The notes under the pieces: generated by a model
Database searches by the model: none
The model's input: only the letters and a program-made list of their open reading frames with translations
What the model was told of the DNA's origin: nothing
Assembly (NCBI RefSeq): GCF_963676685.1
Contig: NC_092346.1
Location: 55,428,001 to 55,492,000 of the forward strand
DNA: 64,000 bases
Origin: Mytilus edulis
Lineage: Eukaryota
Reading direction: 5' to 3'
Translations under genes and position numbers: made by a program
In this document: positions 10,555 to 23,939 of the stretch, one piece after another
Position numbering within the stretch: the stretch's first letter is position 1
Layout of the letters: each line of letters begins with the position of its first letter

Positions 10555-13500
10555 CATGTAGAACGAAGAACATGACAACACTCATTGTGATATTTTGAAA
10601 ATACCAATAATAAAAGTCAATCTGGCTTTTCTTGCCTTTGTTTCTTTAAATCTTTCTGAATAGCAGTTATCCAAATATAGATGTAATTTTTCAAATTAAT
10701 TTTGTAACAAGTACTTGTTTTCTGCTTTTTCAGTTTCATTTTTACGGCAATATTAAAATTCAGATCAATTTAACAAGATTATGAGAAAACTACAAAATTG
10801 TAATTTATAAATATATGTACAAAGCCTGGCGAATATAAAAAAAGGTTTTTGTGGCCCTCAATTTTTTTTTATAGGAAGTTAAACCTTTATGCATCATTTA
10901 ATTTAGTTGATATAACAGATTAAGCTTTAATGTTTGAATGACAATTTAGGCAGTTATCTGTAAGACACTGAATATATATGGAAACAAAAATAAATATGTA
11001 TTATATAAGTATACTGCGTACACTTACGGATTGCGCTAAACCCATTTACAAGCTTTTATAATAGACAGACAAAATATTCTGGCATTTTCACTATCGTGTT
11101 TTCATCTTGCAAACACAACCATATTTACTCATATACCCCACATCATTGACATAAAAAAGGAGAAGGAAATTAAGGATTTTTTTCCCACTTCAAAGTAAAA
11201 AAGTCTAGGTACAATGACTTAAACAAATTGAAATTCTTGTTTACTGCTATGATTTGAAAACGATGGACGATTAAAATACTTTGGGAGATTTATCATTAAG
11301 TCTGTGTAAATCTAGCATAAGAAATCAAAATATTTCATAAAGACATGCCATCAGCTATAACTAAGCATAATCGGTTTATTTCTATTTTCGTTTTCCAGTT
11401 TCTATATTTGAAATAAGGAACAGGAATGTTAAGCAGATATCAAATCGGTTTAGATATGATTTGACCTTTCTCTGTCGACATTGCTGGGGTTTCGTATATC
11501 CATGTAAAAAACAACTATGCAAAAAGATCGATTCTTGCAAAGACTTAAACACATACATTTAAAACCATTACATATAGCATGATATATAAAAGGCACCGGC
11601 GTGATATCATTAGAATCTATTCAAAAGATAAAAAAATAGCATATTTTGACGGAATGCAATAAGCAAAATCCACTTGATATAGCTTGAGACATGCACAAAA
11701 TGAATATGTCGATGTTTAACCTGTTTTCCCTCTTAAACAAGGACAATGAGACAACACAATATATAAAGAAAAAAACTCTCTACTATCAGCGTGAAAGGAC
11801 TTGGTTATTTCTTCTGTTGGATCAAATACCCTAATTGCACTCTTAGCCTATTGGCTTTGTCTCATTCTTGCCTCGTCTTTATGATTTTAATTGTACATTT
11901 TCACTTTAGAGCAATATGTTATAGCATATCTATTAATAAAATACCCTACCGTGATTTTCATGTAAAATATAATAAAAAAATTCAAAATTACACAGATAAA
12001 TATGATTCGATGTTTGAGAAGGATGCATTCGTGAAATCAATAAGAACTACGAGCATGATTCATTTATCAATTTGAATTTTATTTTAGAATATTTTTAAGA
12101 GCAGATTCTATAATTAAAAAAGAGGTATTTTTAAATCTTGTATGACAAAGAAGCATCAAAATAGAATCTATTATTATAGCTGGTATGAAACTGTTCCAAA
12201 GTTAGCTGAACTGAAACGGTTCCACCATTTATACTGGTCAGTTAACTGATATATATATATAGCTTTGATCTTGTACAGATGACGGTAAACAAGGGATAAA
12301 TCTGTCACTTATGATGATCATCATTTTCTTTCCTTTTGTAGTTGAGATATTTATAAACGCTACATGCTGTTAAAGATACTTGTTTTGGTCATTATAACCA
12401 ATGTCCTTGGTGTTATCAACTCTTGATCATATAAACAAACGTTCAAGGCTGTGCTATGTAAAATGTTTAAAGTTCAAATATAAAATGATTGATTTCGAAT
12501 GTAGCATGAGCATGATGTGCGTGTGTGTTATATGATGCTGAATATGATTTCCAAAGACATCATCACCCAATAGGAAAACAAGAATGCCCTTTGCAAAAAA
12601 AAAATGGACAATAAAAAAACGAAATGTTTTGGCCTTTTACCGTATACGAATATATATGTGCTGGTACTGTAAAACCATACTAAACATAATTTTATTTTGG
12701 CCACAAATTAAAAAAAAAAACAATGTTTACACAGTTCGATTAGTCTGAAAACAAATAAGAAGTGATAAGTGTATTTCTTTAAAATTAAAATGGTATGCGA
12801 TGTTGCTTTCACATCCTAATGTCCTTAATCTCCTTAACGGTTTGGTGTCCTTTGTGTCTTGTTTATTGATATAATATTAATTGTATAGGTAAAAAGCATA
12901 CAGGAATGATTCAGTTTTGTTCCCGTGTTGAGATATCGATATAATAAGGTGTTGCGCATTCCTGCTGAAGGTATATCAAGAAAAGCAATTCGAAAGCATT
13001 CTATTTATAACGTGTTGTTTTAATTTTTTGAAAGACATAAAATATTTTGTTGCAGAATTAAATACCCACCTTCTTGGGTTATTGGAACTATATATGCTAT
13101 TTAAAACCCTATCCTGACCTCTAATTATATATCTTTTGATCCCTTGTTTATTTATCATGTTTCTCTTGTCAAGGCTGATCATGTCTAACACTAGCATGAC
13201 CTTTTACATAACAAAATACGTACGCGTTCCTAAATAATGGAAATGCATATGTTAGAATGCATTTCATAAAGAACATGCACAAGACTAGTGAGCACCCAAC
13301 TTCAAATTTAAAAACTAAAAAGCTTTTTCTTAGTTCACCTGGCACTATAAACTTTCTCATTACTTTGCGTCCGTTCTCCTCTGAAACTACACCTTCTCTT
13401 TGGAACCTCTAGTTTTTAGTACAGGATGCTGCTTGCATTTAAAGTTTTCGTTTAACTTATTCACCATTTTCTTTGTGGATTACAGCTTTTCTTACTTTAT

Positions 13501-15114
13501 GTAACATTGTGTCTATTTTTAAGACTGTATTTTAACCTTGATTTCTATTGTTTATTTGTGTCGTATAAGTCACATCTCCTTTTTTGACAATAAATTGAAA
13601 TTTTAGACAAGCTGAAAGTTCATAACCTGTATATTGTCTGAAACTTTTTTTATGAATGAATTCAAGTGGACAATCAACTTTGTAATTAATATTCTTTTAG
13701 GTGTTGTAGTGTAAATATCAACATGGTCATTAAGATTTCTTAATTTAAATTGTACTTTCAAAATACATGAATAGTCCCGAAATATCTTGAATGAAAGGAA
13801 GTATGGATCTCATTTTCTCACAAACATCGAAATAGCGAACACCGTACGTTGATTTATTACAATAAGATCGTTTCAGTTAAATAAATGTCAGTAACATGTG
13901 CATTATAATTAATTTAATAACTAATTACAATACTTATGTGTATCGCGAAACTTTTATTTGGAACATTTAACTCCTTACAATTTCAAAGACATGATATTTC
14001 TTTTCTTTCATCTTTTAAATCAAGTCCCACTGTTTCGATTTTTGAAGGAAGATTGTACTTTTGCATTATCGATAAGCAGTATTTTATTTTTCGTGCATTT
14101 CATATTCAAAATCTGTATTTTGTTTTTCATGTATCAAATCATGCTTAACAAACTGATAGTTACCCAACACCTTCACTATAAACAGAGTTTTAAAAATAAT
14201 TTAAAATAACTGTCCATCCAATAAACAGAAACAAAATCGTTATCATCAAGTAAAGGAATTCATATATCAAAAGTTTGTTGTATAATACAAAAAAAAAATG
14301 ATTAAAATTTCATGCAATGGACGACGATACAAACTTATTTGCATTAGTTATGCAAACGGAAAGTCTTTTTTCTTTGACTTATTATTTATAATTGTCCTTT
14401 GGTATTCTCCATTTTTTGTAATGCATTTATTATACTGTCCCTCTGGTATCTTTCGTCCCTCTTTCATACGTGTTATTCCATATTCTTCAAATGAATAGAA
14501 AAACCATAATCTACATAGAGTCAAGTCCCGTCAACACTTATATAATAATTGTATCTTGCTGTACATTAGTTAATTCTGTAAACATACGGATAATCTTTGT
14601 TACAAAATCTAGAAGCCCAAAACGGCTAGAAATAACTGATTGACAGGACGGTGTTAGGAAGTGGAAGTCTGTTGTATGAGTTTAACAGTTTATTTCGTGA
14701 ACATATTTATCTAACACTTTTATCTAATATTTACCAATTTATCATAACTATTGTATTGGTCTTTAAAAGAGCATACACGTTTTGCATTGTACATTTTCTT
14801 AAAACATTGTCAATATCAAATATGATTATCCATCCCATTTCCGCATAACAAACGTTTCAATTTTGATGTTACAATTTAGATTATATTATAAAGTTGAATT
14901 ATCGCTCTGAAACACTAGTCTGGCTCAATACACATATGATAGGTCGTATCCTTCTCGAAACTGAATATTCCTCTATTACCATTGGTATGAAGGATCACAA
15001 GGTTGAACATCTAGGTTCAATTTATGACCTTTTCTCTTTGCGAGGATAAAGTATCTGCACTTTAAGACATGGTGTCATGGTATTTTATATCCCTTGGCTG
15101 TGATACATACGTTT

Positions 15115-15486
15115 TCATCGTCCGAAAACACGTTTTATAATACTGGCTGTCTTCTTTTTGTATATAACTGAAGCTAAAACAACGCTTTCAAGAACATTTC
15201 TCATCCCAGTTTTCGCAGCAGCTGAACATTTATTATAATATTCAGCCCCAATAAGTTTTGTCATATTTTGTCCTTCTAAGTCAGAAACATGTTGAGTGTT
15301 ATTTTCATCGCGAATGTCACTTTGGGTCCCAACTAAGATAACTGGCCTCCTTTTGTTGAATTTACGAATTTCATGTATCCAGAATGACTGCACATTGTTA
15401 AAGGTTTCTCTCTCTACTACACTATAGCAGACGATAATGACGTCAGCATCTGAAATCATTTGTGATCGTGTGTGTTCATCTTCATG
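15115..15486 (-). CDS. Gene 2 exon 2: Rho/Cdc42-like small GTPase
   Basis: Acceptor TTTAG|CAT GAA GAT GAA; 372 nt, same length as gene 1 exon 2; GTQSD, CSAA; tail KKKTASIIKRVFGR then TGA. Confidence 0.92.
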   Translation of the reverse strand, partial: HEDEHTRSQMISDADVIIVCYSVVERETFNNVQSFWIHEIRKFNKRRPVILVGTQSDIRDENNTQHVSDLEGQNMTKLIGAEYYNKCSAAAKTGMRNVLESVVLASVIYKKKTASIIKRVFGR

Positions 15487-15624
15487 CTAAATGCAGAAAA
15501 TAGAAAAAAAATATTAATGTGTTTTTAAAGGAGTAACAATGTGGAAAAATCAATTGACTTCGGTTTAAATTTTATTGAAATGTTACTGAAGAAAAAATCC
15601 GTGTAACATTAAGAAATTTCATAC

Positions 15625-15819
15625 CTGACCATTTGTATCCTTTAAATTAACACTGTACTGGTCACCGTAAGCAGTCACATAACCTATATAACTCTCGGCT
15701 ACAGTAGCTACATAATAATCAGGGAACGAGTCACCAGCAAATGCTTTGGCCATGCATGTTTTACCTATAAGTCCATCACCAACAATTGTGCAAGATACAT
15801 CATGACTGAAGCAAACCAT
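15625..15819 (-). CDS. Gene 2 exon 1: Rho/Cdc42-like small GTPase (188 aa spliced)
   Basis: ATG at 15819 (MVCFSH), GDGLIGKT, YVAT, DTNGQ|GTATGA donor, 65 codons; TATA at ~15896-15904. Confidence 0.92.
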
Positions 15820-16904
15820 TTTCACTTATCGGTTAGCGGTTGTAATTTTTTTAAAAGGCTACGACAAAAATGATTATCAACTATTAATTCAAACTTTTTA
15901 TATACCATTACTAATTGCCTGATTGAACTCTATTGTTTACAATAATCTCCTGCTAAGTAAAATTGAATTATTTTCTATTGTTTTATCTTGTCAATATACA
16001 TTGTGTATAGTAACCCCCCTGGAGCTTCTAGTCAGTATGTCGTATTGGCCGCTTGGGGGCATGAAAATTTAAACTCCATGCTTGTCCTTATTTTGGAGCA
16101 AGGTGTTAATGAGAAAAAAAAGTTTGAAAGGATTAATCTTTGAAATTATCAATATTGCTTGAGAAAAAAGTTGTGTATACAAATTAAACATGTCATTGAC
16201 CTATTCGATATAGGAAAGCCCATATGATCGGGCTAATACAGAAGTATCGGGGTGATAACTGGACAGATATGCAAAAAAGCAGATATTAAATAGTTTATCA
16301 TATGCTTTTACTTATCGGCTAGGTTGAAAACTGAAGTACGTTCAAACAGCATTTGTGCTTTTTTTTTTTTTAGCAATGGTGTTTTTTTTTTATCGTTTGA
16401 CGAGTTTGAATGTCCTCCTGGTATCTTTCGCCTCTCTTTTGCAAACGTTTATTTTACAGTGATATTTTGATTAATGCCATTGTCTTCAGTTTTATTACAT
16501 TTTCCAAACTAGACATATCCGTTTGATAAATGAATATAGCACTCACTAAACTCCGTTATATATTTCTAAGTAATGTAGTCAAGCTCAAATTATACTTGGA
16601 CGTTCAAATCTTATAATATTAATTCAGAAGAAAAAGAAATCAAATTATGATTCCTGACAAAATTCTTGTGAGGTGTCATATTTTATTTCATAAAACTGAC
16701 CACAAATTTGTATTATTGCTTTGTGATGCTTTATTGTTAATGTATAACAAAAACAAAAAAAAAAGATTTACACAATTCATAATTTACGTAGAAATTTTGT
16801 AAAATTAAAATTAGAAATGCGAACAGTCACTGCACATTTTTGCCATAGAATAAAGAAAGAATTCCAAGATCTGAACCTTTTGGTTGTTAGGGATGAGGGA
16901 TGGA

Positions 16905-17358
16905 TAAATACCCTGCCACGTCCGATCTGTGTTTCAGTTTGATGTATTTCTGCTTTGTATCGAACTGATGAGTTGAGCCTCCTTCAGCTGTTTTTTTATA
17001 GTTTGTAATTGTGATGTGCTGTAACAGCACTGTCCAAGGTTGGGGATGATTTAGTGTTCACAAACATGTTTAACCCCGCCATATTTTCATGTGCCTGTTC
17101 CAAGTCAGGAGTCTGTAGTTTATTGGTTGTCATAAGTTCATATTTGTCATAAATGATTTTTCGTAATATGTTTTGTTACAAATAAGGCCGTTACTATTCT
17201 CAATCATGGCGGGACCTTTTAGAGCCAGTTATACGGAATTGAGTTTTCTCATTGTTGAAGATCGTACGTACAGTTGCCAATAATTGCTTACATTCACTTC
17301 ATTTGAACTTTGCAGGATAGATGTCTTTATGGCAATAACACCTCATTACCTTATTTTT
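16905..17358 (+). mobile_element. SINE-like dispersed repeat
   Basis: AACCCCGCC...GTGCCTGTTCCAAGTCAGGAG...CTCATTGTTGAAG blocks shared with other copies in the window. Confidence 0.6.
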
Positions 17359-18385
17359 GAATAAGCCGAAGTGATAAAATCCACTGAGAGTCAACTATTG
17401 GCATATGTTTAAGTAAGTGTAGTAAAACTTAATTGATATATAGGTTTAAAAGAGGGGTGAAAGATACCAGAGGAAAATCCAAACTTATAGATCGAAAATA
17501 AACTGACCATGCCATGTTTGTTTTGATCACAGTTTCTGTACATCCCATTCGTTGTATAACCACCTGTTTTGTAAGATATTTGTTAGAAAAAAACCCACCA
17601 AAAACAAAAAACAACTAACTGGATGTTTAAGTCATATATAAATCCATCTGTTTGACAATGTAATACCTGTATCAAGAGTTTCATTTCGAAGTGTTTAATT
17701 TTTTCACGAGTTGTATGTTGTATGTGTATGTTTCTTTGATTTATTTTGCGAAAATGTTTGTGAATTGACATGACTATCATAATTTTTTACAAACAAAAAA
17801 CACCATAATGTACTTTTAATTTTTTTTAATATTCATAATACGTAAAAAATTGATACATTATATTTTTTTACATATTGAATTCATTGTCACTTCGATTATC
17901 ATAATTTGAAAGAGTTTTGTTTGTCATGCAATGTTCAATATTCATAAAACATCACCAGTGTCAGTTTCAGACAGCTGACAATCGTTGTAAGTGTCAATTG
18001 GTATGCTAATATTCACCATGTCCTATTCATTTATTTCCCAATGTGTGTTCGTATTTGCTCCATTACGGCGTAATGGACCATACTATTGTCATTGTGCAAG
18101 GTTATTCACAAACTTTTCAGCAGCCTGCGTTCCAGCTTCGATCCGCAAACTTAATGAAAATTGTTCCGGAATGGAAACGATCACTGTACGAAGTTTGCGT
18201 TTTTCAATGGTATGGTAGAATCGCCTGCATCTATGCCTTCACTCTGCTCCGTATTGCAAATGTACACCGGTGGTACAATGCAAGCAGACGTGGACTTAAA
18301 GTATCAGGCTTCAATCTATCTTCATACTGATATCTGTTTATAATCATATTATTCAACTCTGGGATGAGAGAATTCTCTCAGTTTT

Positions 18386-19138
18386 TCAACGTGAGAAAAC
18401 ACGTTTCAGTACATTTGTCTTCTTCTTTCGGTATCTAATGGCGGCACAAACAACACTTTCAAAGACATTTTTGACTCCGTCATTAGTAGCGGAAGAACAT
18501 TTGTTGTAGTAGTCAGCCTTTATTGATTTCATTAAATTCTGTCCTTCAGTGTCGGACACGTGATCAGTGTTATTTTCATCACGAATGTCAATTTTAGTTG
18601 CCACTAAAACAATCGGCTTTTTCTTGTGAAGTTTTCTGACCTCTGGAACCCAGACGGATTTGGCATTCTCAAATGATTCACTGTCAACTGAGCTATAGCT
18701 TACAATGATTACGTCAGCGTCTGTAATTGCTTGTAATCTTGTTGATTTTTCTTCATGCTGAAAAGATAAATGAGAGAATCATGAGTAAACTATAAAATAA
18801 AATTCATTTATGTTTTGAATCAATGTTTGTGTAAATACAATTCAATATTCTTTTGAATTAAAATAAATTTAATCTAATCTTATTTTATATATTTTCAAAA
18901 TTTGTCTTTATAGATATTTGTAAAGATTCTTTAATAATATTTATTTATATGTTTACCTCATGAATATTCAAATTGTATTTGTCCCCATAAGCAGACACAG
19001 ATCCACTGGTTGTTTCTGAAACTGTGCAACATATTTGTCTGAGAATTGGCTTCCAGCAAATCTTTTAGAAAGGCATGTCTTACCAACCATTTCGTCACCA
19101 ACAATTTCACAGGAAACAGTGTTCTGGTAGCAAACCAT
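18386..19138 (-). pseudogene. Gene 3: two-exon Rho-like GTPase, frameshifted (exon 1 19138-18957, exon 2 18757-18386)
   Basis: 1-nt deletion between 19025 and 19026 relative to paralogs (GTT GC- ACA GTT) gives TGA at 18970-18968; P-loop reads GDEMVGKT; corrected exon 1 ends NIHE|GTAAAC with no DxxGQ; exon 2 is an open 372 nt. An assembly indel cannot be excluded. Confidence 0.8.
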
Positions 19139-21158
19139 TCTTTCGATTTAAAAAAAAATCTTTAAACGTTGAAGTACGTAGAAAAAGTGTTATGCAAGCA
19201 GGTAAAATCTTCAGCTCTTTTATAGTTCACAAGTCGTTTGCTTTGGTAAATTCATTGTCAATTAAGATCTCCTACAAAGTGAAGATTCCATTGTTTGAAA
19301 ACTGTCAATACTGTGTGATCAAATATACCCCCAAGTGTTACAACCAAGGCGATTCTATCGCTGCCTGTGGTTGAAATTTGAAACTTTCTTCTTGTTATAT
19401 TTTTAGCCCTTTTATCTCATTGTAGATAAAAAGGAAACATTCTTTGTTAACTTCATGTTATTGATTATTTTGATGTTGTTTGTATTTCTTTGTTTTGATA
19501 TTTGATAGTTTTTAAACTCTACAGTGAAAATTATCAAACATTATAAGTTCACAATGAACAAAGAGAAAATTAAAGGAACAACAAACATGAATAACAATTT
19601 AATAACTGACTTTGCTTACTACATGGTATTGATTTTTTTTATTATTGACATCCTTATCTTTTGATCCCCGAATAGATATATAGTTGTTTCATTGGCAATC
19701 ATCCTACTAACATTTTTCTTATATTGTTATTTATACCTTGTAGCTATACCTTGTAGCCTATGTCTTAATTAAGACTACCGCATTTTCATTTTTAACCAAA
19801 GAGACAACTTTTGCAAAAAAACTGAAAACAGAACGCCTCTGAAGCGCTATTCTGGATGTAACATCATCAGGAACGCCCAAAGCAGAAAAGTTGAAAACCA
19901 AGAATGTCTAATAACCTGGAAAAAGGACCTAACAATATACTCAAATTTATTTAGGTCAACTTTGCATAAGGCAGTTGAAACCTAAGTGTCTTTTGATGTC
20001 AAAACTTGCGATACTGCATCATACCACATCTTCTGTTTTATATATACTTGCATAAATATAACTACAGTTTAGTTAGAGATTTGAAAAGATAGATTCACAT
20101 ATTCTTTTGCATGTTTCTTATATAAAAAAAAGGACATAGTCATTCAGTATTGATAAAGCGAAGAGCATATACAATATAAAAAAAGGTCATTCCTCTCTCC
20201 AGAACTATCAGAATAATCCATCATAGAACTGTCCTGAATAGTACTAGTTGACACCATCAGGGTAAACTAGATTAAAAGGTAAGATATAGATAATACCTTT
20301 ATAACCGACTGTGTCAAGGTCGTTAAAAACTTCCATCATCATATACATTCATAGTATTTTAAGAAAGCTTAAAAGTAGTCACATATATAAAATTTCTGTG
20401 ACAGAGACACTTGCTTACTACTGGAAATAGTTAAGAACTGGATACAAACAGATATGTACATAGTCATTGGCCATATACAGACCCAGGAAGAATTTTAGGA
20501 AGCAATGACATACACGAACAGCTATATCATAGAACTTAGGCCATAAGTGTCCATTCATCAGAATTTTATAATTTCCGAAAACAAAACATTGGTACAAAAA
20601 TGTATATTCTGAATACTCCAGCTCGCATTATTTTGGCACAATCTTTATGGGGTGTCTATTTATTGTAAAACCGCTTTTGTTTTAAACAATACACTTACAT
20701 TTGGCCAACAGAAAGGTATCATATTTTTTGTTTTGATTTTGAACAATAGAATATATTCCCTGCAGAGATCTTACAAAGGCAGTAATATGAGGCGTCCAGG
20801 TGGTAATACATTGTCTATATTGGGAGCATGTATGCTATTCATTTGCTTTATTAAGCAACTTCTTTTCCTCTATATAAAAAGCATGAAACATTTTGCATAT
20901 TTTGATTTCAAAACCCGTGCCTGCAACAACGTAGTTTGGAGGAAAATTTGATATACCTTTTTTTATAAACAAGTGTTCTGTGAATGCAATTACAGTGTCT
21001 GTTCTAATGTGGTGATGTACATTTACGTTTATGGATATAATAAAGGTGGAGCATTTAAATATTCCTTTTATTCAACGCAAACGTGTAACAGTGACAGATA
21101 TTTTCATAAATTGGATTTAATTAATTGGTTTCTGAAATGATTTAGAGCTGAACATACA

Positions 21159-22176
21159 TATTGATAGACTTTTTTTATAAGTTTTTTTTTTTTCTAAATT
21201 GTTATGTTTTGTATTTGCTTTCAGTAAAAAAAAAAAAAAAACATTTCTTAATTTAGATTTTTTTTGCAGATTTATGTGTCAATGATTCATTTACATTTCC
21301 ATTTTAAAGGAAAAAAGATAAAATTTGAGCTTCATTTGAAATGTTCAAAAACGTTTGATAATACAAAATGTTCTATGCACATTAGGAACAAGTTATTTTT
21401 TTAAGTGAAACCCAGGGTAAATTACAAAAAGGGAAACATGACCAAATAGTATGAAATTCAAAACAGTGTAGCTGTGGCCATTGATTGACCCATCAAAATC
21501 ATCCATTGACTGGGACAATTTACGTGAACGTTTGTCTGCAACAACCACTGTTCATGACGTACCTACGATAGACATTTAAACTGTGGGGTCAACAAAGGTT
21601 TCTTAACGCCTTTAATTATGAAATAATTCGAAAAATTAATCAGGAATAACCTTTGTGTTTTGATTTATATAATTGATATAAATCAAAATATCGTGTTATT
21701 TCTGATTAATTTTTCGAATTACTTTATTTAGGTGTTGAGAACCTTTGGTGACCCCATAGTTTAAGTGTCTTTAAAAAGTACATAGTGAGCATTGGTCGTT
21801 ACATACAAACGTTCACCTAAATTGTCCCAGTCAATGAATGATTTTAATGTGTCAATCAATGGCCACAGCTACACTGTTTTGAATTTCATACTATTAATAG
21901 CCCTTTTTTATAATTTTTTTTTTCTAAATTGTTATGTTTTGTATTTGCTTTCAGTAAAAAAAAATAAACATTTCTTAATTTAGATTTTTTTTGCAGATTT
22001 ATGTGTCAATGATTCATTTTCATTTCCATTTTAAAGGGAAAAAAATAAAATTTGAGCTTCATTTAAAAATGTTCAAAAACGTTTGATAACACAAAATGTT
22101 CTATGCACATTAGGAACAAGTTATTTTTTTAAGTGAAACCCAGGGTAAATTACAAAAAGGGAAACATGACCAAATA
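21159..22176 (+). repeat. ~290-bp direct duplication (21159-21448 and 21892-22176) flanking a MITE
   Basis: Both copies run TATT(G/A)ATAG...TTCTAAATTGTTATGTTTTG...GGGAAACATGACCAAATA. Confidence 0.9.
21447..21893. mobile_element. 447-bp palindromic MITE, inverted copy of 4859-5305
   Basis: Same termini and length; arm-specific variants are swapped, showing opposite orientation. Confidence 0.92.
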
Positions 22177-23939
22177 AGACATTAAAGACATATCAACCAT
22201 AGAACTGCATGGAAAATAACTGTCACAATCCTGACTTGGTACAGGTACCAAAGTCACATATTAAATTGTTAACAGTTCAAATAAGTAACAAATATTATGT
22301 TTCAAATATTTCCCATTGCAGGACAGGAACTGCCTAAATTTTTCGAGTGCAGCCTCCTTCGAAATGCTGTTCATGTTTCATTTTCGGTGTAGAGTTTAAA
22401 ATGTTGTTTTAAGTCATGGTTTAGTCCGGCTTTTGTGACTACTTGTTTTAAATTGTTGCCTTGGTATATTCTGTCCTTTTTTCCATGTCAGACAACGAAT
22501 GTTGAAAACAAAATGTTCAATGCCCGAATAACTTTGTATGTTTTTATCATTCCTCCTGAGTTTTTTACCATTTAAAATGCTCGTAATACTTTATATTTAC
22601 TGATGCTGATAGAATAATATTTTATTAAGATATTTTGGTTATTTAAAATCAGTTTATTAACAAAATTGATGTTTTTTTGGCAAAATTTTGATATTTCTCG
22701 TTTAATAAAAATGTATTTATAGGCTAAATTTTTACGATATAAAGACATTAAAAGTACAAATATCATTAAAAAGTATCAAATATTTTATGTCATTTTACCA
22801 ATGCATCGTTTTTGTACCTTTCAAGTTTTCATTATTTTTTCTAAAAGATTTTTCGTAAAACAAGAAACTTGAATTTACTTTTCTACTTGTTACCATATTC
22901 TAGGACAATCGTTTTTTTTCACAAAAAAAGCTAAATTAGAGGATTGTTGCTTAAAAAAACACTCTTCAATGATACCAGGCTTGTACTTTTTAACGTCAGA
23001 CGTGCTCCTTGTTACATAAGGATCGCCAGTGGGTCTCGAATTAAATCAGTAGGAAGGCATTATGAAAAATAATATTAACAGTTTTTAAACCAAACAAAGA
23101 AAATGTAACCAAAAAACGATAAGGATGTATGATTGATCCTAAGTGTTTCAAATATAGAAAAATTTAAGCGGAACGGATAATAAAAAGTAAAATAACAAAA
23201 ATACCGAATAAAAATGACCGCACCATTAATGTTTCCAGCTTTTTTTTTAGCAGTGGCATCGACCTACTGGACCCATTAAAACCACCAATGATAGCAGGCT
23301 AATAATTTAGGTTAAAACGAGATTATCAATGACTATAGATATTTTTCATTTTCGTAGGCCTGATCCAAACATCTCTTCCCGCTATAAGTAAACCACATAA
23401 TGTGACTTATCAGCGAGTTTTCGTTTATCATGATAAACACAATGGGTGCCGTAAATTGAGCAGAATCTTCTAAACGTTGCAGTGATAATCATTATGCTCC
23501 CCAATCTTAAGTTTTCTTTGTATATATTTGTGCACTGCTGGTTGCTGTTTTTCATCAGGCCATTGGATTGTCTAGAGAGGTATGGGAGTTCATCCTTATT
23601 GATTCTGTTTCTACTTATGAATAATTAGCTAACTTTCCATTATCTTCGATATCAATTAACCTTATGTGTTTGTAGAAATAAGAAGATTCGGTATGGGTGT
23701 AAATGAGACTACTTTACATTCAAGTCACAATGTGTAAAACAGCAATAATTAGTATTTGGAAGTTCAATCAATACTTATACAATAATAATATAATGACAAG
23801 TAGCAATGTGCAAAAGCAGCAATGATAAGTATTTAGAAGTTCTATCAATACACGAGATAGACTTTTTATATGTTAGTGAATAATACTTGTACTAGCACAA
23901 AGATTATGACAGTCAAAGCATATAATGTTTTACAGAATA

